Positions 1-11,714 of a DNA stretch of 64,000 nt are shown here, one piece after another. Source of the stretch: an uncultured Candidatus Rokubacteria bacterium (GTDB lineage: Bacteria > Methylomirabilota > Methylomirabilia > Rokubacteriales > CSP1-6); assembly GCA_963754315.1 (NCBI GenBank), contig CAVWFS010000007.1, positions 128,001 to 192,000 on the forward strand, written 5' to 3'. The notes under the pieces are model-generated. The model had not been told where the DNA came from. It saw only the letters and a list, made by a program, of their open reading frames with translations, and searched no databases. Every line of letters begins with the position of its first letter. The stretch's first letter is position 1. A program made the translations under genes and the position numbers.

Positions 1-2400
1 CTCAACAAGGGCATCCTGAAAGTGATGGCCAAGATGGGGATCTCCACCCTGCAGAGCTACTGCGGGGCCCAGATCTTCGAGGCCATTGGTCTCAATCGGG
101 ATGTGGTCGACCGGTACTTTACGGGCACCGCCTCCCGCGTCTCGGGCATCGGCCTCGATGTGCTGGCTCACGAGGCGTGTCGGCGGCATGCCGACGCCTT
201 TCCCGACCGTCCCGTCGGCGAGCAGGACCTCGACTGGGGCGGCGAGTATCAGTGGCGCCGGGACGGCGAGCACCACATGGTCAATCCCGACATGATCGGC
301 AAACTCCAGCACGCCACCCGTAGCGGCAGCTATACCCTGTTCCGTGACTACACACGGATCTGCGACGACCAGAGCCGGGCCCTGGCCACTCTGCGCGGGC
401 TCATCGATCTGAAACTGGCGCCCCAACCGATTCCCCTCGAGGAAGTCGAGCCTGTCGAGTCGATCGTTCGCCGCTTTGCCACCGGGGCCATGTCCTATGG
501 CTCGATCAGCCAGGAGGCCCATGAGACCTTGGCCATCGCCATGAACCGCATCGGCGGCCGGTCCAACACCGGCGAAGGCGGCGAGGACGCGGCCCGCTAT
601 CAGCCCGATCCCAACGGCGATTGGCGCCGGAGCGCGGTGAAGCAAGTCGCCTCGGGCCGATTCGGGGTCACCAGCGAGTACCTGGTCAACGCGAGCGATC
701 TGCAGATCAAGATGGCGCAGGGGGCCAAGCCGGGCGAGGGCGGCCAGTTGCCAGGCCCCAAGGTCTACCCCTGGATCGCCAAGGTGCGCTTCGCGACTCC
801 GGGTGTGGGGCTCATTTCGCCTCCCCCTCACCACGATATCTACTCGATCGAGGACATCAAGCAGCTCATCCACGATCTCAAGAACGCCAACCCCCAGGCA
901 CGCGTGCACGTCAAACTCGTGGCGGAGATCGGCGTGGGAACGGTGGCGGCCGGGGTGGCCAAGGCCTTCTCGGACGTCGTTCTCATCTCCGGGCATGACG
1001 GTGGCACGGGCGCCTCGCCTCTCACGTCGATCAAGCACGGCGGCGGCCCCTGGGAGCTCGGTCTGGCCGAGACTCAGCAGGTGCTCGTGCTCAACAAATT
1101 GCGCGATCGGATCGTTGTCCAGGTCGACGGTCAGCTGAAGACAGGGCGCGACGTCGTCATCGCCGCCCTGCTTGGCGCCGAGGAGTTCGGTTTCTCCACG
1201 GCGCCGTTGGTGGTGCTCGGCTGCATCATGATGCGCGTGTGCCACCTGAATACGTGTCCGGTAGGCATCGCCACCCAGAATCCCGAGCTGCGCAAGCGGT
1301 TCGCGGGCCAGGCCGAGCACGTCGTGAACTTCTTCCACTTCCTGGCGCGCGAGGTGCGGGAGTCCATGGCGGCCCTGGGCTTCCGGACCATGGACGAGAT
1401 GATCGGGCGGGTCGACCGGCTCGATTTCAAGCCGGCCCTCGAGCACTGGAAGGCCCACGGGCTCGATCTGTCGGCGATTCTGCATCAGCCCGACATGCCG
1501 CCGGAAGTGGCTCGGCGGTGTGTACGGCCGCAGGATCACGGCCTCGAGCAGGCGCTCGACACGACCACCCTGATCCCCGCCTGCCGGAGCGCTCTCGAGG
1601 AGCGTCAGCGGGTGGAACTGCGGCTTCCCATTCGGAACACCAACCGGACCGTGGGTACCACCTTGGGGTACGAGCTGACACGACGCTGGGGCGGGGAAGG
1701 TCTTCCCGACGATACCATTCGGATTTACTTCTCGGGCTCGGCCGGCCAGAGCTTCGGTGCCTTCGTGCCGAAGGGCATCACCTTGAGCCTCGAGGGCGAC
1801 GCGAACGACTACTGGGGCAAGGGCCTCTCGGGCGGCAAGCTGATGGTGTTCCCACCGCGAACGTCGACCTTCAAGCCCGAGGAGAACATCATCATCGGCA
1901 ATGTCGCCCTCTACGGTGCCACTAGCGGCGAGGCGTATGTGCGCGGTGTGGCCGGCGAGCGTTTCGGTGTCCGCAACAGTGGCGTTCTGGCCGTGGTCGA
2001 GGGCGTGGGGGACCACGGCTGCGAATACATGACGGGAGGACGGGTCGTGGTCCTCGGCCATGCTGGCCGCAATTTCGCAGCCGGGATGTCGGGCGGCGTC
2101 GCCTACGTCCTCGACATCGATGGTGATTTCAAGACCCGCTGCAACCTGGGCATGGTGGACCTCGAGGCCCTCGATCAGGCGGCCGACATCCAGCTCGTCC
2201 GGGATCTGGTCCAGCGCCACGTCGAGGTGACCGGATCCACCTACGCCGCTGGGATCCTCGCCGGCTGGCGAGACGTGCAGCCGCGCTTCGTCAAGATCAT
2301 GCCGCGCGACTACAAGCGGGTCCTCCTCGCCGAGGCGCATGCCCGGGCCGAGGGGCGGGAGCCGACCTTTGCCGAGCTGGTGGGATCGGCCGGTGGGTAA
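1..2400 (+). CDS. gltB: Glutamate synthase large subunit (5'-truncated by window edge)
   Basis: Frame open from base 1; motifs [36 protein letters not shown], 3Fe-4[15 protein letters not shown]-terminal [11 protein letters not shown]. Confidence 0.97.
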   Translation, partial: LNKGILKVMAKMGISTLQSYCGAQIFEAIGLNRDVVDRYFTGTASRVSGIGLDVLAHEACRRHADAFPDRPVGEQDLDWGGEYQWRRDGEHHMVNPDMIGKLQHATRSGSYTLFRDYTRICDDQSRALATLRGLIDLKLAPQPIPLEEVEPVESIVRRFATGAMSYGSISQEAHETLAIAMNRIGGRSNTGEGGEDAARYQPDPNGDWRRSAVKQVASGRFGVTSEYLVNASDLQIKMAQGAKPGEGGQLPGPKVYPWIAKVRFATPGVGLISPPPHHDIYSIEDIKQLIHDLKNANPQARVHVKLVAEIGVGTVAAGVAKAFSDVVLISGHDGGTGASPLTSIKHGGGPWELGLAETQQVLVLNKLRDRIVVQVDGQLKTGRDVVIAALLGAEEFGFSTAPLVVLGCIMMRVCHLNTCPVGIATQNPELRKRFAGQAEHVVNFFHFLAREVRESMAALGFRTMDEMIGRVDRLDFKPALEHWKAHGLDLSAILHQPDMPPEVARRCVRPQDHGLEQALDTTTLIPACRSALEERQRVELRLPIRNTNRTVGTTLGYELTRRWGGEGLPDDTIRIYFSGSAGQSFGAFVPKGITLSLEGDANDYWGKGLSGGKLMVFPPRTSTFKPEENIIIGNVALYGATSGEAYVRGVAGERFGVRNSGVLAVVEGVGDHGCEYMTGGRVVVLGHAGRNFAAGMSGGVAYVLDIDGDFKTRCNLGMVDLEALDQAADIQLVRDLVQRHVEVTGSTYAAGILAGWRDVQPRFVKIMPRDYKRVLLAEAHARAEGREPTFAELVGSAGG

Positions 2401-3841
2401 GATCACCGGCTTTCTGGAGATCCAGCGCAAGAAACCGCCTGCCCGCCCGGTGGGAGAGCGCCTGCGCGACTGGCATGAGGTCTACCTCCCCTACCCGACC
2501 GAGGAGCTCCAGAAGCAAGCGGCGCGCTGCATGGATTGCGGCATCCCCTTCTGTCATGGGGGCTGCCCGCTCGGCAACATCATCCCCGACTGGAACGACC
2601 TCGTCTATCGCGACCGCTGGCACGACGCCATCGAGCGCCTGCACGCGACCAACAACTTTCCCGAGTGGACAGGACGTCTCTGTCCGGCGCCGTGCGAGGG
2701 CGCTTGTGTCCTCGGGATCAACGACGATCCGGTGACCATCAAGGGGGTCGAGCTCCAGATCATCGAGCATGCCTTCGCGGCCGGCTGGATCGCGCCGGAT
2801 CCGCCACGAGTTCGCACCGGTAAGCGGGTGGTGGTGGTGGGCTCGGGCCCGGCCGGGCTGGCGTGCGCTCAGCAGCTCAACCGCGCCGGCCACTGGGTCC
2901 TGGTCCTCGAGCGCGCCGATCGGATCGGGGGGCTCATGCGCTACGGCATCCCCGAGTTCAAGATGGAGAAGCGCTTTCTCGAGCGGCGCCTGCAGATCAT
3001 GGAGAAGGAAGGCATCGTCTTCCAGACGAACGCCCACGTCGGCGTTGACCTGCCGGTGCGTGATCTGCGTCGTGACTTCGACGCGATCGTGCTGGCGGGC
3101 GGAGCTTGCCAGCCGCGCGACCTGCCTGTCCCCGGACGCGAGCTCACGGGTATTCACTTCGCCATGGAGTACCTGACCTTGCAGAATCGGCGCTGCGAGG
3201 GCGACACTGTTCGCGACGACGGCTTCATCACGGCCGCCGGCAAGCGGGTCGTGATCATCGGGGGCGGTGACACGGGCGCCGACTGCCTCGGGACCGTCCA
3301 TCGTCAAGGCGCCCGCTCTGTTCACCAGTTCGAGCTGTTGCCCCGCCCCCCTGAGACGCGGGCCCCCACCAATCCCTGGCCGGAATGGCCAAACATCTTT
3401 CGCGTCTCGTCGGCCCACGAGGAGGGCGGCGAGCGGGTCTACGCGGTATCTACCCAGCGTTTCACGGGCGACGCCGGTGGGCACGTGCGACAACTCGAAG
3501 CCGTCACCGTGGAAATGGTGCGCGACGGAGGCCGCCTCGACTTCCGTCCAGTAGCCGGTACGGAGTTCACCCTGGAGGCTGACCTCGTCTTGCTGGCGAT
3601 GGGATTCTCGGGGCCGGAGCGCCCCGGGATGCTCACCGACCTCGGGGTGAGGCTGACTGAGCGAGGCAATGTCTGGCGTGACGAGGGCTGGATGACGAGC
3701 GTGCTGGGTGTCTTCACCTGTGGCGACATGCAGCGAGGCCAGTCGCTCATCGTGTGGGCCATCGCCGAGGGGCGATCCTGCGCGCGGGGCGTCGACACCT
3801 ATCTCATGGGTACGTCTGACTTGCAGACTCCCCTGGCCTGA
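2393..3841 (+). CDS. gltD: Glutamate synthase small subunit
   Basis: GTG start (MGKITGFLE) overlapping gltB stop; [41 protein letters not shown]. Confidence 0.96.
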   Translation: MGKITGFLEIQRKKPPARPVGERLRDWHEVYLPYPTEELQKQAARCMDCGIPFCHGGCPLGNIIPDWNDLVYRDRWHDAIERLHATNNFPEWTGRLCPAPCEGACVLGINDDPVTIKGVELQIIEHAFAAGWIAPDPPRVRTGKRVVVVGSGPAGLACAQQLNRAGHWVLVLERADRIGGLMRYGIPEFKMEKRFLERRLQIMEKEGIVFQTNAHVGVDLPVRDLRRDFDAIVLAGGACQPRDLPVPGRELTGIHFAMEYLTLQNRRCEGDTVRDDGFITAAGKRVVIIGGGDTGADCLGTVHRQGARSVHQFELLPRPPETRAPTNPWPEWPNIFRVSSAHEEGGERVYAVSTQRFTGDAGGHVRQLEAVTVEMVRDGGRLDFRPVAGTEFTLEADLVLLAMGFSGPERPGMLTDLGVRLTERGNVWRDEGWMTSVLGVFTCGDMQRGQSLIVWAIAEGRSCARGVDTYLMGTSDLQTPLA

Positions 3842-3847
3842 GCCGCC

Positions 3848-4345
3848 GTGGCCCTCACTCGGCCCGAGCGTGAACGTCTGATCGCCCGCTACGCCGCGGG
3901 TCCGGCCCTACTCCGCGCAGCCTTCGCCGGCGTCCCCGATCCCGTCCGCCAGTGGCGCCCGGCCCCGGGCGAATGGTCGGCCCACGAGGTCGTATGTCAC
4001 TGCGCGGACTCGGAGAGTAATGCCGCCCTTCGCATTCGCTATCTCGTGGTGGAGGCCCAGCCGGTGATCCTCGGTTACGACGAGAACGCATGGGCACGTG
4101 TGCTGGACTATCATCGCCATCCGGTCCCCATGGCGCTGGCTACGGTGGAGGCGGTCCGGGCCAACACTGTCCCCTTGCTGCGTGCGCTGCCCGAGGACGC
4201 CTGGGCGAAGGAAGGGCGCCACACCGAGTCCGGCCGCTACACGGCCGAGGACTGGCTGGGCATCTACGCCGAACACCTAGAAAATCATGCCCGCCAAATC
4301 GAGCACAACCTTGCCGCCTGGCACGCCAGCCTAGGGCAGAGGTAA
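3848..4345 (+). CDS. DinB-family (DinB_2/YfiT-like) protein
   Basis: WRPAPGEWSAHEVVCH and C-terminal HLENHARQI His pattern typical of the DinB superfamily. Confidence 0.8.
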   Translation: MALTRPERERLIARYAAGPALLRAAFAGVPDPVRQWRPAPGEWSAHEVVCHCADSESNAALRIRYLVVEAQPVILGYDENAWARVLDYHRHPVPMALATVEAVRANTVPLLRALPEDAWAKEGRHTESGRYTAEDWLGIYAEHLENHARQIEHNLAAWHASLGQR

Positions 4346-4460
4346 GCGACCCGAGTTCCCCGAGCCGTGACGAACGCTGGGGGGGTAGAGGAGCGGCCCG
4401 GGTTCCCCGGGCCGTGACGAACGCTGGGGGGATTGGGGGGCCATTTCGGGGCCCCCCAAT
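4338..4460 (+). repeat. Two-hairpin GC-rich interspersed repeat: one partial (4338-4385) and one full copy (4387-4460)
   Basis: AGAGGAGCG-GCCCGGGTTCCCCGGGCC-GTGACGAACG-CTGGGGGG-ATT-GGGGGGCCATTTCGGGGCCCCCC; same family recurs at about 47.7, 55.3 and 56.8-57.0 kb. Confidence 0.9.
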
Positions 4461-4472
4461 AATATGGACGGC

Positions 4473-5183
4473 CTATCGGCCAGGACTCTGCCAGAGGACG
4501 TGGCCGACGAAGAAGGGCCCGAGAGACTGTAGGTATTGCGACGTCTGCGCGGTCTTGCGCATGGCTTGGACGAGGTGGGACAGCGGGTGGAGCTCCCGGC
4601 CGATGAGCCCGATGACGAAGTCGTTGTCGTTGACGTCCAGCCCGTGGCAAGCCAGACGAACGTCGTGGGCAAGGTCGGCATCACCATAGGCGCGCCCGAG
4701 GACGCTGTGCTCGCGGATGACCGATCCCTGCTCCTGCGGCGACAACCGCGCGAAGGCGCCGACCCTGCGCAGCGGATACCACACACTCCACGGCCAGGCC
4801 GGATTCAACACCGTGCGTCGCGGCCGCCGGAGCAGCCAGTCCTCCAGATCCGCTTCGAACCCGGAGGCGTACGTTCGGCCGAGCATCGTGAATTGTGGCC
4901 GTGGCACCAGGCCGACGAAGGGATCTGCGTTCAGCAGCTCGCGGCTCTCGCGCACGTAGACGGCCGGATCCTCGGCTAGAGTCAGGACTCCGATACCACG
5001 CGGATCGTTCACGTCCTGGTAGAGCGCGGCCTCGAGTCGGCTGGCCTCGAATGCCCGCACCAGCGGCTTCGGGTCCACGCACCCACTGAATACCTGAAGC
5101 TGCATGAACAGCCTTCGATCGGCAGTTCCCCCCTGGGCGCCGTGTTCGCGGACGTCGACCCTGGTCTCGTCGGCCGAGCTCAC
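4473..5183 (-). CDS. Chlorite dismutase / coproheme decarboxylase (ChdC/HemQ)-like heme protein
   Basis: GTG start just after the moaA stop; WYPLRR...REH (proximal His)...GLD..DNDF...GPFFVG pattern of the Cld/ChdC superfamily. Confidence 0.75.
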   Translation of the reverse strand: MSSADETRVDVREHGAQGGTADRRLFMQLQVFSGCVDPKPLVRAFEASRLEAALYQDVNDPRGIGVLTLAEDPAVYVRESRELLNADPFVGLVPRPQFTMLGRTYASGFEADLEDWLLRRPRRTVLNPAWPWSVWYPLRRVGAFARLSPQEQGSVIREHSVLGRAYGDADLAHDVRLACHGLDVNDNDFVIGLIGRELHPLSHLVQAMRKTAQTSQYLQSLGPFFVGHVLWQSPGR

Positions 5184-5184
5184 C

Positions 5185-6210
5185 CTAGCCTCCCCGTGTG
5201 TGCATTTCCAGGTGAGGATCTTCACGAAGGCGCCCGACCTGGATGAGGGGTGACCGATCGCGGAGCCGGAGCCGCTCCTCGGCGCCGCGATCCTGACGGG
5301 CCTTCCACGCCGGCGCGATCAGGGCCTTGAGCGCGGTGTGGGTGGCCCCTTGCCGTAAGGGACCTCGCAGATCAGTGCCATCCTGCGCATAGAGGCAGCG
5401 GTACCAGATCCCGTCTGCGGTGAGGCGACTGCGGTCACAGGTAGCGCAAAAAGGCGCCGTGGTCGAGGCAATGATACCGAACACCGTCCCATCGGGCAGC
5501 CGGTAGCGGTCGGCCGGGGCACTGCTCTTCTCGCCGAGGGGTTCCACGCCGCCATAGCGGCGCTCGAGAATGGCGAGCATTTCTCCTCGGCTCACCACCT
5601 TGTCCATCGACCAGCGCGTGGCCCCGCCGACGTCCATGTATTCGATAAAGCGGACCTCGGCGGCGATGGTGCGTCCGAACTCGATGAGCGCGGACAGCTC
5701 GTCCTCGTTGGTGCCCCGCATGACCACGGTGTCGATCTTCGTGCCGGTAAAGCCAGCCGCCCCGAGGGCGGCCAGACCTTCCAGAACCTTGGCGTGCGTG
5801 CTCCGTCGCGTCAGCGCCACGAAGCGATCGGGCCGCAGCGTATCGAGACTCACGGTGACCCGGTGGAGGCCGGCCGCCCGGAGCGCCGGTGCCTGCTCCG
5901 CGAGGAGGACGCCGTTGGTGGTGAGAGCCAGATCGCGCAGCCCAGAGCGTGCGGCGAGGAGACGCACCAGTTGATCCAGATGCCGCCGCAGGAGAGGCTC
6001 ACCACCGGTGAGCCGAACCTTGTCCACCCCGAGCTCGATGAAGACGTCTACCAGGGTGGCAATCTCTTCGAAGTGCAAGATCTCCTCGCGCGGCAACCAG
6101 CGATAGTCCTCCTCTGGCATGCAGTACTGGCAGCGCAGGTTGCACCGATCCGTGACCGAGACCCGCAGGTTCCGCAGGGGTCGGCCGAAGGTGTCACGCA
6201 GGACACTCAT
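5185..6210 (-). CDS. moaA: GTP 3',8-cyclase MoaA
   Basis: [27 protein letters not shown]-terminal [12 protein letters not shown] and terminal GG. Confidence 0.95.
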   Translation of the reverse strand: MSVLRDTFGRPLRNLRVSVTDRCNLRCQYCMPEEDYRWLPREEILHFEEIATLVDVFIELGVDKVRLTGGEPLLRRHLDQLVRLLAARSGLRDLALTTNGVLLAEQAPALRAAGLHRVTVSLDTLRPDRFVALTRRSTHAKVLEGLAALGAAGFTGTKIDTVVMRGTNEDELSALIEFGRTIAAEVRFIEYMDVGGATRWSMDKVVSRGEMLAILERRYGGVEPLGEKSSAPADRYRLPDGTVFGIIASTTAPFCATCDRSRLTADGIWYRCLYAQDGTDLRGPLRQGATHTALKALIAPAWKARQDRGAEERLRLRDRSPLIQVGRLREDPHLEMHTRGG

Positions 6211-7907
6211 CGTGCCACCGTCTCCTGCCCTTCTTCAGCCAGTGCGAGCTGCCACTCCCGGATGAGCGTGGCTTTCCAGACGCGTACGTGAAAGTGGTCC
6301 CACGGCATCCGTTCGTCGACCGGACGGACTCGTGTCGTGTAGAAGGCTGGATCCCCAGGCCACTCCCTGAGCGCGCGCCGCCAGTCGCCGTCCAGCGTCG
6401 CCGCCCGCTCGAGAAAATCCGCCACGCGCCGGTCGCCGCGGGCGAGGAGAGCCTGGAGAAACGCCTCGCGCGGATTCTCGTGGAGGACCCGCACGTTGGA
6501 AAAGCCGCGGACACCACGCTTGATGATGTCGAGCTTGTCCTCGAGCGAAGACGTTCCGTCAAAGGGGGCCCACTGGAACGGCGTCCACGGCTTGGGAACG
6601 AACGAAGAGATCGAGAGCGTGAGACGTCCGAACGGTTTACCCGCCGGATCGAGGACGCGCAAACGCTCCAAGAGCCGCGCGGCCAAGCGAGGAATTGCCT
6701 CCACGTCTTCTCGGGTCTCCGTCGGCTGACCGATCATGAAGTAGCACTTGAGATGTGGGATCCCGTGGCGACGGATCATGTCGCAGGCGGTGTAGAGCTG
6801 CTCGTCGCTGATCTCCTTACGGATGGCACGCCGCAGCCGCTCCGTGCCCGCCTCCGGTGCCACCGTCAAGGTGCGGTGTCCGCCCCGGGCCAGGGACGCA
6901 ACGAGCTCTTCGGTAAGGCTGTCGGCGCGCAGAGAGGAGATGGACAGTTCCATGCCTGACTGCTCGACGACTTCCAGAAGGCTACCGATCCATGGATAGT
7001 CGGAGACACAGGCACCGACGAGGCCCAACCGCGAGGAGTCCTTGGCCAGCGCCGTAACCGTTTCCTTCAGCGCGGGCACGCTCCGGTGGCGGACCGGTCG
7101 GTAGACCTGTCCCTCGAGACAGAAGCGGCATCCTCGTCCGCAGCCCTTCCCTACCTCCAGGAGGGCCATGTGACCGTACTCGGCGTTGGGCGTGCGCACG
7201 GGAGAGATCGTCTCGAATTCGTCCACCTGGCGCAGGCGGCGCTTGTGAATCAGGGCCGGCGCGCCATCGCGCGGCGTCACGGCGAGCAGACGACCGTCAC
7301 GGTGGTAGTCGACGGTGTACTTCTCTGGTACGTAGACGCCTTCCAGCGCGGTCACCGCGTCGAGAAACGCGTTGCGCTCGCCTCTGGCCCCCCGGTAGGC
7401 GGCGACGAGCTCGCCCACCAGCTCTTCGCCTTCGCCGACGGCCACCAGATCCATGAAGGGTGCCAACGGCTCCGGGTTGGAGAAGGCACAGACGCCCCCC
7501 ATCAGCACGAGCGGGTCGCGCGCGCCGCGCTCGGAGGCGCGTAAGGGAATACCGGCCAGCCGTAACAGGCGCAGCACGTTGATGTAGTCACCCTCGTAGG
7601 TGACCGAGAACCCAATCAGCTGAAAGTCGGCGAGCCGCCTCTGGGATTCCACTGAAAAGGGACTCGTCCGCGTTCGCACCAGCTCTTCGATGTCGGCTGC
7701 CTCGGGCAGAAAGGCGCGCTCACAGACGACGTCCGGCATACGGTTCAGGTGCGAGTAGATCGTCTGGAAGCCAAGGTTGGACATGCCCACCGCGTACGTG
7801 TTCGGATACACGAGGGCGATGGCGACGCGGCCCCCCCACTCCTTGTGGACAGTGCCGCGCTCCTGCGCGACGAGGGCCTGAGCTTTTTGCTTGAGCGACC
7901 AGGACAT
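6207..7907 (-). CDS. Radical SAM protein with N-terminal B12-binding-like domain
   Basis: [15 protein letters not shown]-terminal motif; CGRGCRFC radical SAM motif; [21 protein letters not shown]. Confidence 0.85.
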   Translation of the reverse strand: MSWSLKQKAQALVAQERGTVHKEWGGRVAIALVYPNTYAVGMSNLGFQTIYSHLNRMPDVVCERAFLPEAADIEELVRTRTSPFSVESQRRLADFQLIGFSVTYEGDYINVLRLLRLAGIPLRASERGARDPLVLMGGVCAFSNPEPLAPFMDLVAVGEGEELVGELVAAYRGARGERNAFLDAVTALEGVYVPEKYTVDYHRDGRLLAVTPRDGAPALIHKRRLRQVDEFETISPVRTPNAEYGHMALLEVGKGCGRGCRFCLEGQVYRPVRHRSVPALKETVTALAKDSSRLGLVGACVSDYPWIGSLLEVVEQSGMELSISSLRADSLTEELVASLARGGHRTLTVAPEAGTERLRRAIRKEISDEQLYTACDMIRRHGIPHLKCYFMIGQPTETREDVEAIPRLAARLLERLRVLDPAGKPFGRLTLSISSFVPKPWTPFQWAPFDGTSSLEDKLDIIKRGVRGFSNVRVLHENPREAFLQALLARGDRRVADFLERAATLDGDWRRALREWPGDPAFYTTRVRPVDERMPWDHFHVRVWKATLIREWQLALAEEGQETVAR

Positions 7908-7944
7908 ACAGGGTCAGTGTAGCATGTGCTGTCGGAGCGTCTCC

Positions 7945-8736
7945 TTAGCTGACCGCCAAGCGCTCGGCGCGGCGCTTCGACCAGGCGAGCCCCGCCACCG
8001 CGATCATCACGCCTACCACGCTGGCGAGCTGCGCCACTCGGAAGCCGCCTATCCAGAAGCTGTCGAGGCGAATCGCTTCGATCAGGAAGCGTCCGACGGA
8101 GTACAGGCCGATGTAGCTGAAGAACACCGTACCTGGACGCGCGCCATGCCGTGGACGCACGAAGGCCACGAGGATGACGAACACCGCGAGGTCCCACAGC
8201 GATTCGTAGAGAAAGGTGGGATGGAAGTACTCCTCCTTACCATAATTGAAGGGGCGGTGCGGCGGCGAGATGTAGAGCCTCCAGGGCAAGGAGGTTGGGA
8301 GCCCGAACGCCTCCTCGTTGAAGAAGTTTCCCCATCGCCCGATGGCCTGCCCGAGAGCCAGGCTTGGCGCGGCGACGTCGAGTGAGCGCAGTACCGGAAG
8401 CTTCCAGCGAGCGGCCAACCAGACACCCACCAGAATACCGACGAGGAGCCCGCCGTGAATGGCGAGCCCCCCCTCCCACACCGCAAAGATCTTGGACGGG
8501 TACTGCCCGTAGTAGTCCCAATTGAAAACAACCTCGTAGAGACGGGCGCCCACGAGGCCAGCCAGGATTGACCACTGCGCGACACTGATGATGTCGTCGG
8601 CTGGCAATCCTTCACGACGTCCCTGCCGGTGCGCCAGCCACAGCCCGACCACGATGGCCGTGGCCATGAGGATGCCGTACCATCGAATGACGATGGGGCC
8701 GATCTGCAAGGCGATAGCGCCGGGCGACGCGAACAT
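7945..8736 (-). CDS. lgt: Prolipoprotein diacylglyceryl transferase
   Basis: IRWYG, GARLY, WEGGLAIHGG, GQAIGRWGNFFNEE, HPTFLYES motifs. Confidence 0.96.
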   Translation of the reverse strand: MFASPGAIALQIGPIVIRWYGILMATAIVVGLWLAHRQGRREGLPADDIISVAQWSILAGLVGARLYEVVFNWDYYGQYPSKIFAVWEGGLAIHGGLLVGILVGVWLAARWKLPVLRSLDVAAPSLALGQAIGRWGNFFNEEAFGLPTSLPWRLYISPPHRPFNYGKEEYFHPTFLYESLWDLAVFVILVAFVRPRHGARPGTVFFSYIGLYSVGRFLIEAIRLDSFWIGGFRVAQLASVVGVMIAVAGLAWSKRRAERLAVS

Positions 8737-8745
8737 GCTTGACGT

Positions 8746-8774
8746 AAGATAGCGTCTCGCCGCCCTTTCGTCCA
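8746..8774 (-). promoter_or_regulatory. Putative sigma70-type promoter for lgt
   Basis: Minus strand TGGACG-N17-TATCTT, 9 nt before the ATG, no Shine-Dalgarno. Confidence 0.5.
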
Positions 8775-8820
8775 ATCGGGCGACGAGGTGCATCGTGGTC
8801 CGCGCAGCAGATCGTGGCCG

Positions 8821-10382
8821 CTACGTCGTCTCCACTCGAGCGCGTTCCCGCTCCACGAGGACCCGGCGCAGGATCTTCCCCGTGGCGCTCTTCGGGATCT
8901 CGTTCACGACGTCCAGAGCGCGCAGCTGCTTGTAGGGCGCGACTCGCTCGGCCACGAAGGCCATGATGGCGGCCGCCGTGGTCGGGTGATCCTCGTTGAG
9001 GACGACAAAGCCCTTCGGTGCTTCACCCTCGCCCGGGATCAGGGTGGGAATGACGGCCGCATCCAGCACGGCCGGATGCTCCATGAGGACCGCCTCCAGC
9101 TCGGCAGGCGCTACCTGGTAGCCTTTGTACTTGATCATCTCCTTGGCGCGGTCCACCAGCCATAGAAAGCCGTCTGCGTCGAGGCGGGCAATGTCGCCCG
9201 TGCGCACCCAGCCGCCCGGCAAGATGGCCTGGGCCGTGGCTGCCGGCTGCTTCCAATAGCCACGCATCACCTGCGGCCCGCGGACCAGGAGCTCGCCGGT
9301 CGCGCCCGGCGCCACCTCCGCGCCGGTCTCCACGTCGACGATGCGCTGCTCCACGTCAGGGAGCGGCAGCCCGACCGAACCCTCCCGCCAGGCGTCGGGG
9401 GGATTGATGTGGGTGGGACAGGCTTCGGTCATCCCATAACACTGGAACACCGGACATCGTAGGCGTGCGGCCGCCAGGCTCGCCACCTCACCGGGGAGCG
9501 GTGCGGCGGCGGAGGCGATGAAGCGGAGCGAGGAAAGATCATGCGCATCCACCGCCGGATGGTGGGCGAGCGCCAGCAGCGCCGGCGGCACCACATACAG
9601 TTCTGACACGCGATACCGCTCGATCAGCTCCAGCGCCTGTGCGGCGTCGAAGCGGGGCATGACCACACAGGTGGCGCCGACGGCCAAGGGCGCGTGCAGG
9701 AGCACCACCGCGCCGTAGATATGGTAGAAGGGCAGAAAGGCCAGCTCGACCGATTCCTCAACGATGGCGCCCGTGCTGATCCATTGCCGCGCGTTGGTCG
9801 CGAGGCTCGCGTGGGTGAGCATGACCCCCTTCGGCATTCCGGTGGTCCCGCTGGAGTAGGGCAGGAACGCGAGGTCGTGTTCCGGATCGACGGTCACCGG
9901 GTCCGCGTCCGTCGAGGTGTCAGCCCCGAGCGACTCGATCTCTTCGATGGCCTCGACTCGCCTCAGCGTCGGAACGTGACCCCGCGTCGCTCCGAGCGCC
10001 GCCACGAGTGGCCGTGTGGCAAAGGCGATCACGGCCTCGGCGTCGGCCAGTTGCGCGGTGAACTCCCGCTCACGGAAGAGTGGATTCAGGCCCGTGACCT
10101 TGGCGCCGGCCAGCAGGGCGCCATACACCGCGATGGCGTACTCCGCACAGTTGGGCGCCATGATGGCGACCGTCTCGCCACGCCGCACACCAGCGCTGCA
10201 GCTGGAGGAACCGCGCGAGACGGCGGGCGGCCATCCATAGACGCCTATAGGTGTAGACCTCACCGTCACTGCCAATCAGGGCGGCCTTGTCCGGGACACG
10301 GCTGCGCGGTCGCCTCCAGCAGCGCCGGCAGCGGCTGCCGCGGGTATGGGGCCAGCGACGGGCGGGCACGACGCGGGATCAA
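8821..10382 (-). CDS. Acyl-CoA/aryl-CoA ligase (4-coumarate-CoA ligase-like) with two apparent frameshifts near 10300 and 10195
   Basis: YSSGTTGMPKG, YGMTE, RTGDIA, DRAKEMIKYKG, IPKSATGKILRR. N-terminus is split over three frames (YPRQPLPALLEATA / PDKAALIGSDGEVYTY / GVRRGETVAI); TTG start overlaps the GNAT stop. Confidence 0.85.
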
Positions 10383-10813
10383 GGCGTGGCGGCGAGACGC
10401 TTCTGAAAGAAATGGTGCCGATGTCCGTCCGGATGGCCCTCCAGAACCGCGAAGGCCTCGTACCCGAGCTTCGGATAGAACTCCGGAGCCTGAAAGCTGA
10501 ATGTCGTGAGCCAGGCCCGGGTGCAGCCACGCTGGACCGCGTAGCGCTCGGCGGCCTCGAGGAGCTGGCGGCCGTAGCCGCGGCCGCGCAGGGGCTCGGC
10601 CACCCACAGGAAGGCCACGTGCAACCACCCGCCCCAGATGTTGCCGAGGAGACCACCCAGGACCTCCTCGTGCTCGTCTCTCAGGAAGACGGAGAGCGTG
10701 TGATACTCGGCGAGCCCGGTGACGGCCACGTTGAAGGTGTCCAGATGATCCCGGACGTGCTGCCGGAGGCTCTCCGCAGCGTGCGGCTCGACGCTGACCC
10801 GAAGGCGACTCAT
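10379..10813 (-). CDS. GNAT-family N-acetyltransferase
   Basis: LWVAEPLRGRGYGRQLL acetyl-CoA motif; TFSFQAPEFYPKLGY. Confidence 0.9.
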   Translation of the reverse strand: MSRLRVSVEPHAAESLRQHVRDHLDTFNVAVTGLAEYHTLSVFLRDEHEEVLGGLLGNIWGGWLHVAFLWVAEPLRGRGYGRQLLEAAERYAVQRGCTRAWLTTFSFQAPEFYPKLGYEAFAVLEGHPDGHRHHFFQKRLAATP

Positions 10814-10819
10814 GGAAGC

Positions 10820-10831
10820 GGATTATAATCC
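10820..10831. promoter_or_regulatory. Palindromic bidirectional -10 element GGATTATAATCC
   Basis: Perfect 12-bp palindrome giving TATAAT on both strands, between the divergent GNAT and EEP genes. Confidence 0.6.
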
Positions 10832-10856
10832 CGGACGCTGGTGAGGGATCTGCCCG

Positions 10857-11714
10857 ATGAGAGTCGTGGCGTGGAACATACGCGCGGGTGGTGGCAAGCG
10901 TGCCGACGACATCGCACGTCAGATCCACCGATGGGCGCCTGACCTGGTTGCCCTCTCGGAGTTTCGGGGCACGGCGCCGAGCGGCACCCTCGAAGCCGCC
11001 CTCGCCGCCACGGGGTTGCGCCACCAGCTCAAGACCGCCGACCCGGGTGCGCCGGCCAGGAACTCCCTGCTCATGGCTTCCCGCTGGCACCTACGCCGGC
11101 TTCGGGTGACGGGCGCGCCGGAGGAGCCGGGCCGCTGGCTCGTGGCGGCCGTCGACGCGCCGATTCCGCTGGCCATGGCTGCCATGCATGTGCCCAACCG
11201 CGTGGGAGGCCGCAAGTATCCTTTCTTGGACGCTGCCCTCGCGTGTGCCCGCCGGTGGCGACGCGGCCCTGCCCTGTTTGTCGGCGACACGAACTCTGGC
11301 CGCCGTGGTCTCGATGAGGAGGCCTCCGCCTTCAGCGAGCGCGAAGAGGGATGGTTCGACAGTCTGGCCGCGTGCGGCTGGGCTGACGCCTTTCGTCATG
11401 TCCACGGCGACACCAGGGCCTACACGTGGTATTCGCCGAACGGCCGCAACGGCTTCCGCATCGACCAAGCCTTCGTCAATCGACCGCTTCTGCCCCACCT
11501 CAGTGGAGTCGCCCACGTGTGGGCGGGGGCGACGCGTGGGCGGCGCGACGTGCTCAGCGATCACGCCGCCCTCGTGGTCGACCTCGCGGAGGCGCCATCA
11601 GCGTGTCCGAGCAATCCGCCGACCCTGCCGGCGAGCCATGTCGTTCGTGGCAAGATGGAGGCGTCGCCCGATCGCGGGGACGACAACCCGTGTGTGAGGA
11701 GGATGCGGTCGTGA
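10857..11714 (+). CDS. Endonuclease/exonuclease/phosphatase (ExoIII-like) family protein
   Basis: VAWNI, LSE, GDTN, YTWYS, FRIDQ, SDHA motifs. Confidence 0.88.
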   Translation: MRVVAWNIRAGGGKRADDIARQIHRWAPDLVALSEFRGTAPSGTLEAALAATGLRHQLKTADPGAPARNSLLMASRWHLRRLRVTGAPEEPGRWLVAAVDAPIPLAMAAMHVPNRVGGRKYPFLDAALACARRWRRGPALFVGDTNSGRRGLDEEASAFSEREEGWFDSLAACGWADAFRHVHGDTRAYTWYSPNGRNGFRIDQAFVNRPLLPHLSGVAHVWAGATRGRRDVLSDHAALVVDLAEAPSACPSNPPTLPASHVVRGKMEASPDRGDDNPCVRRMRS

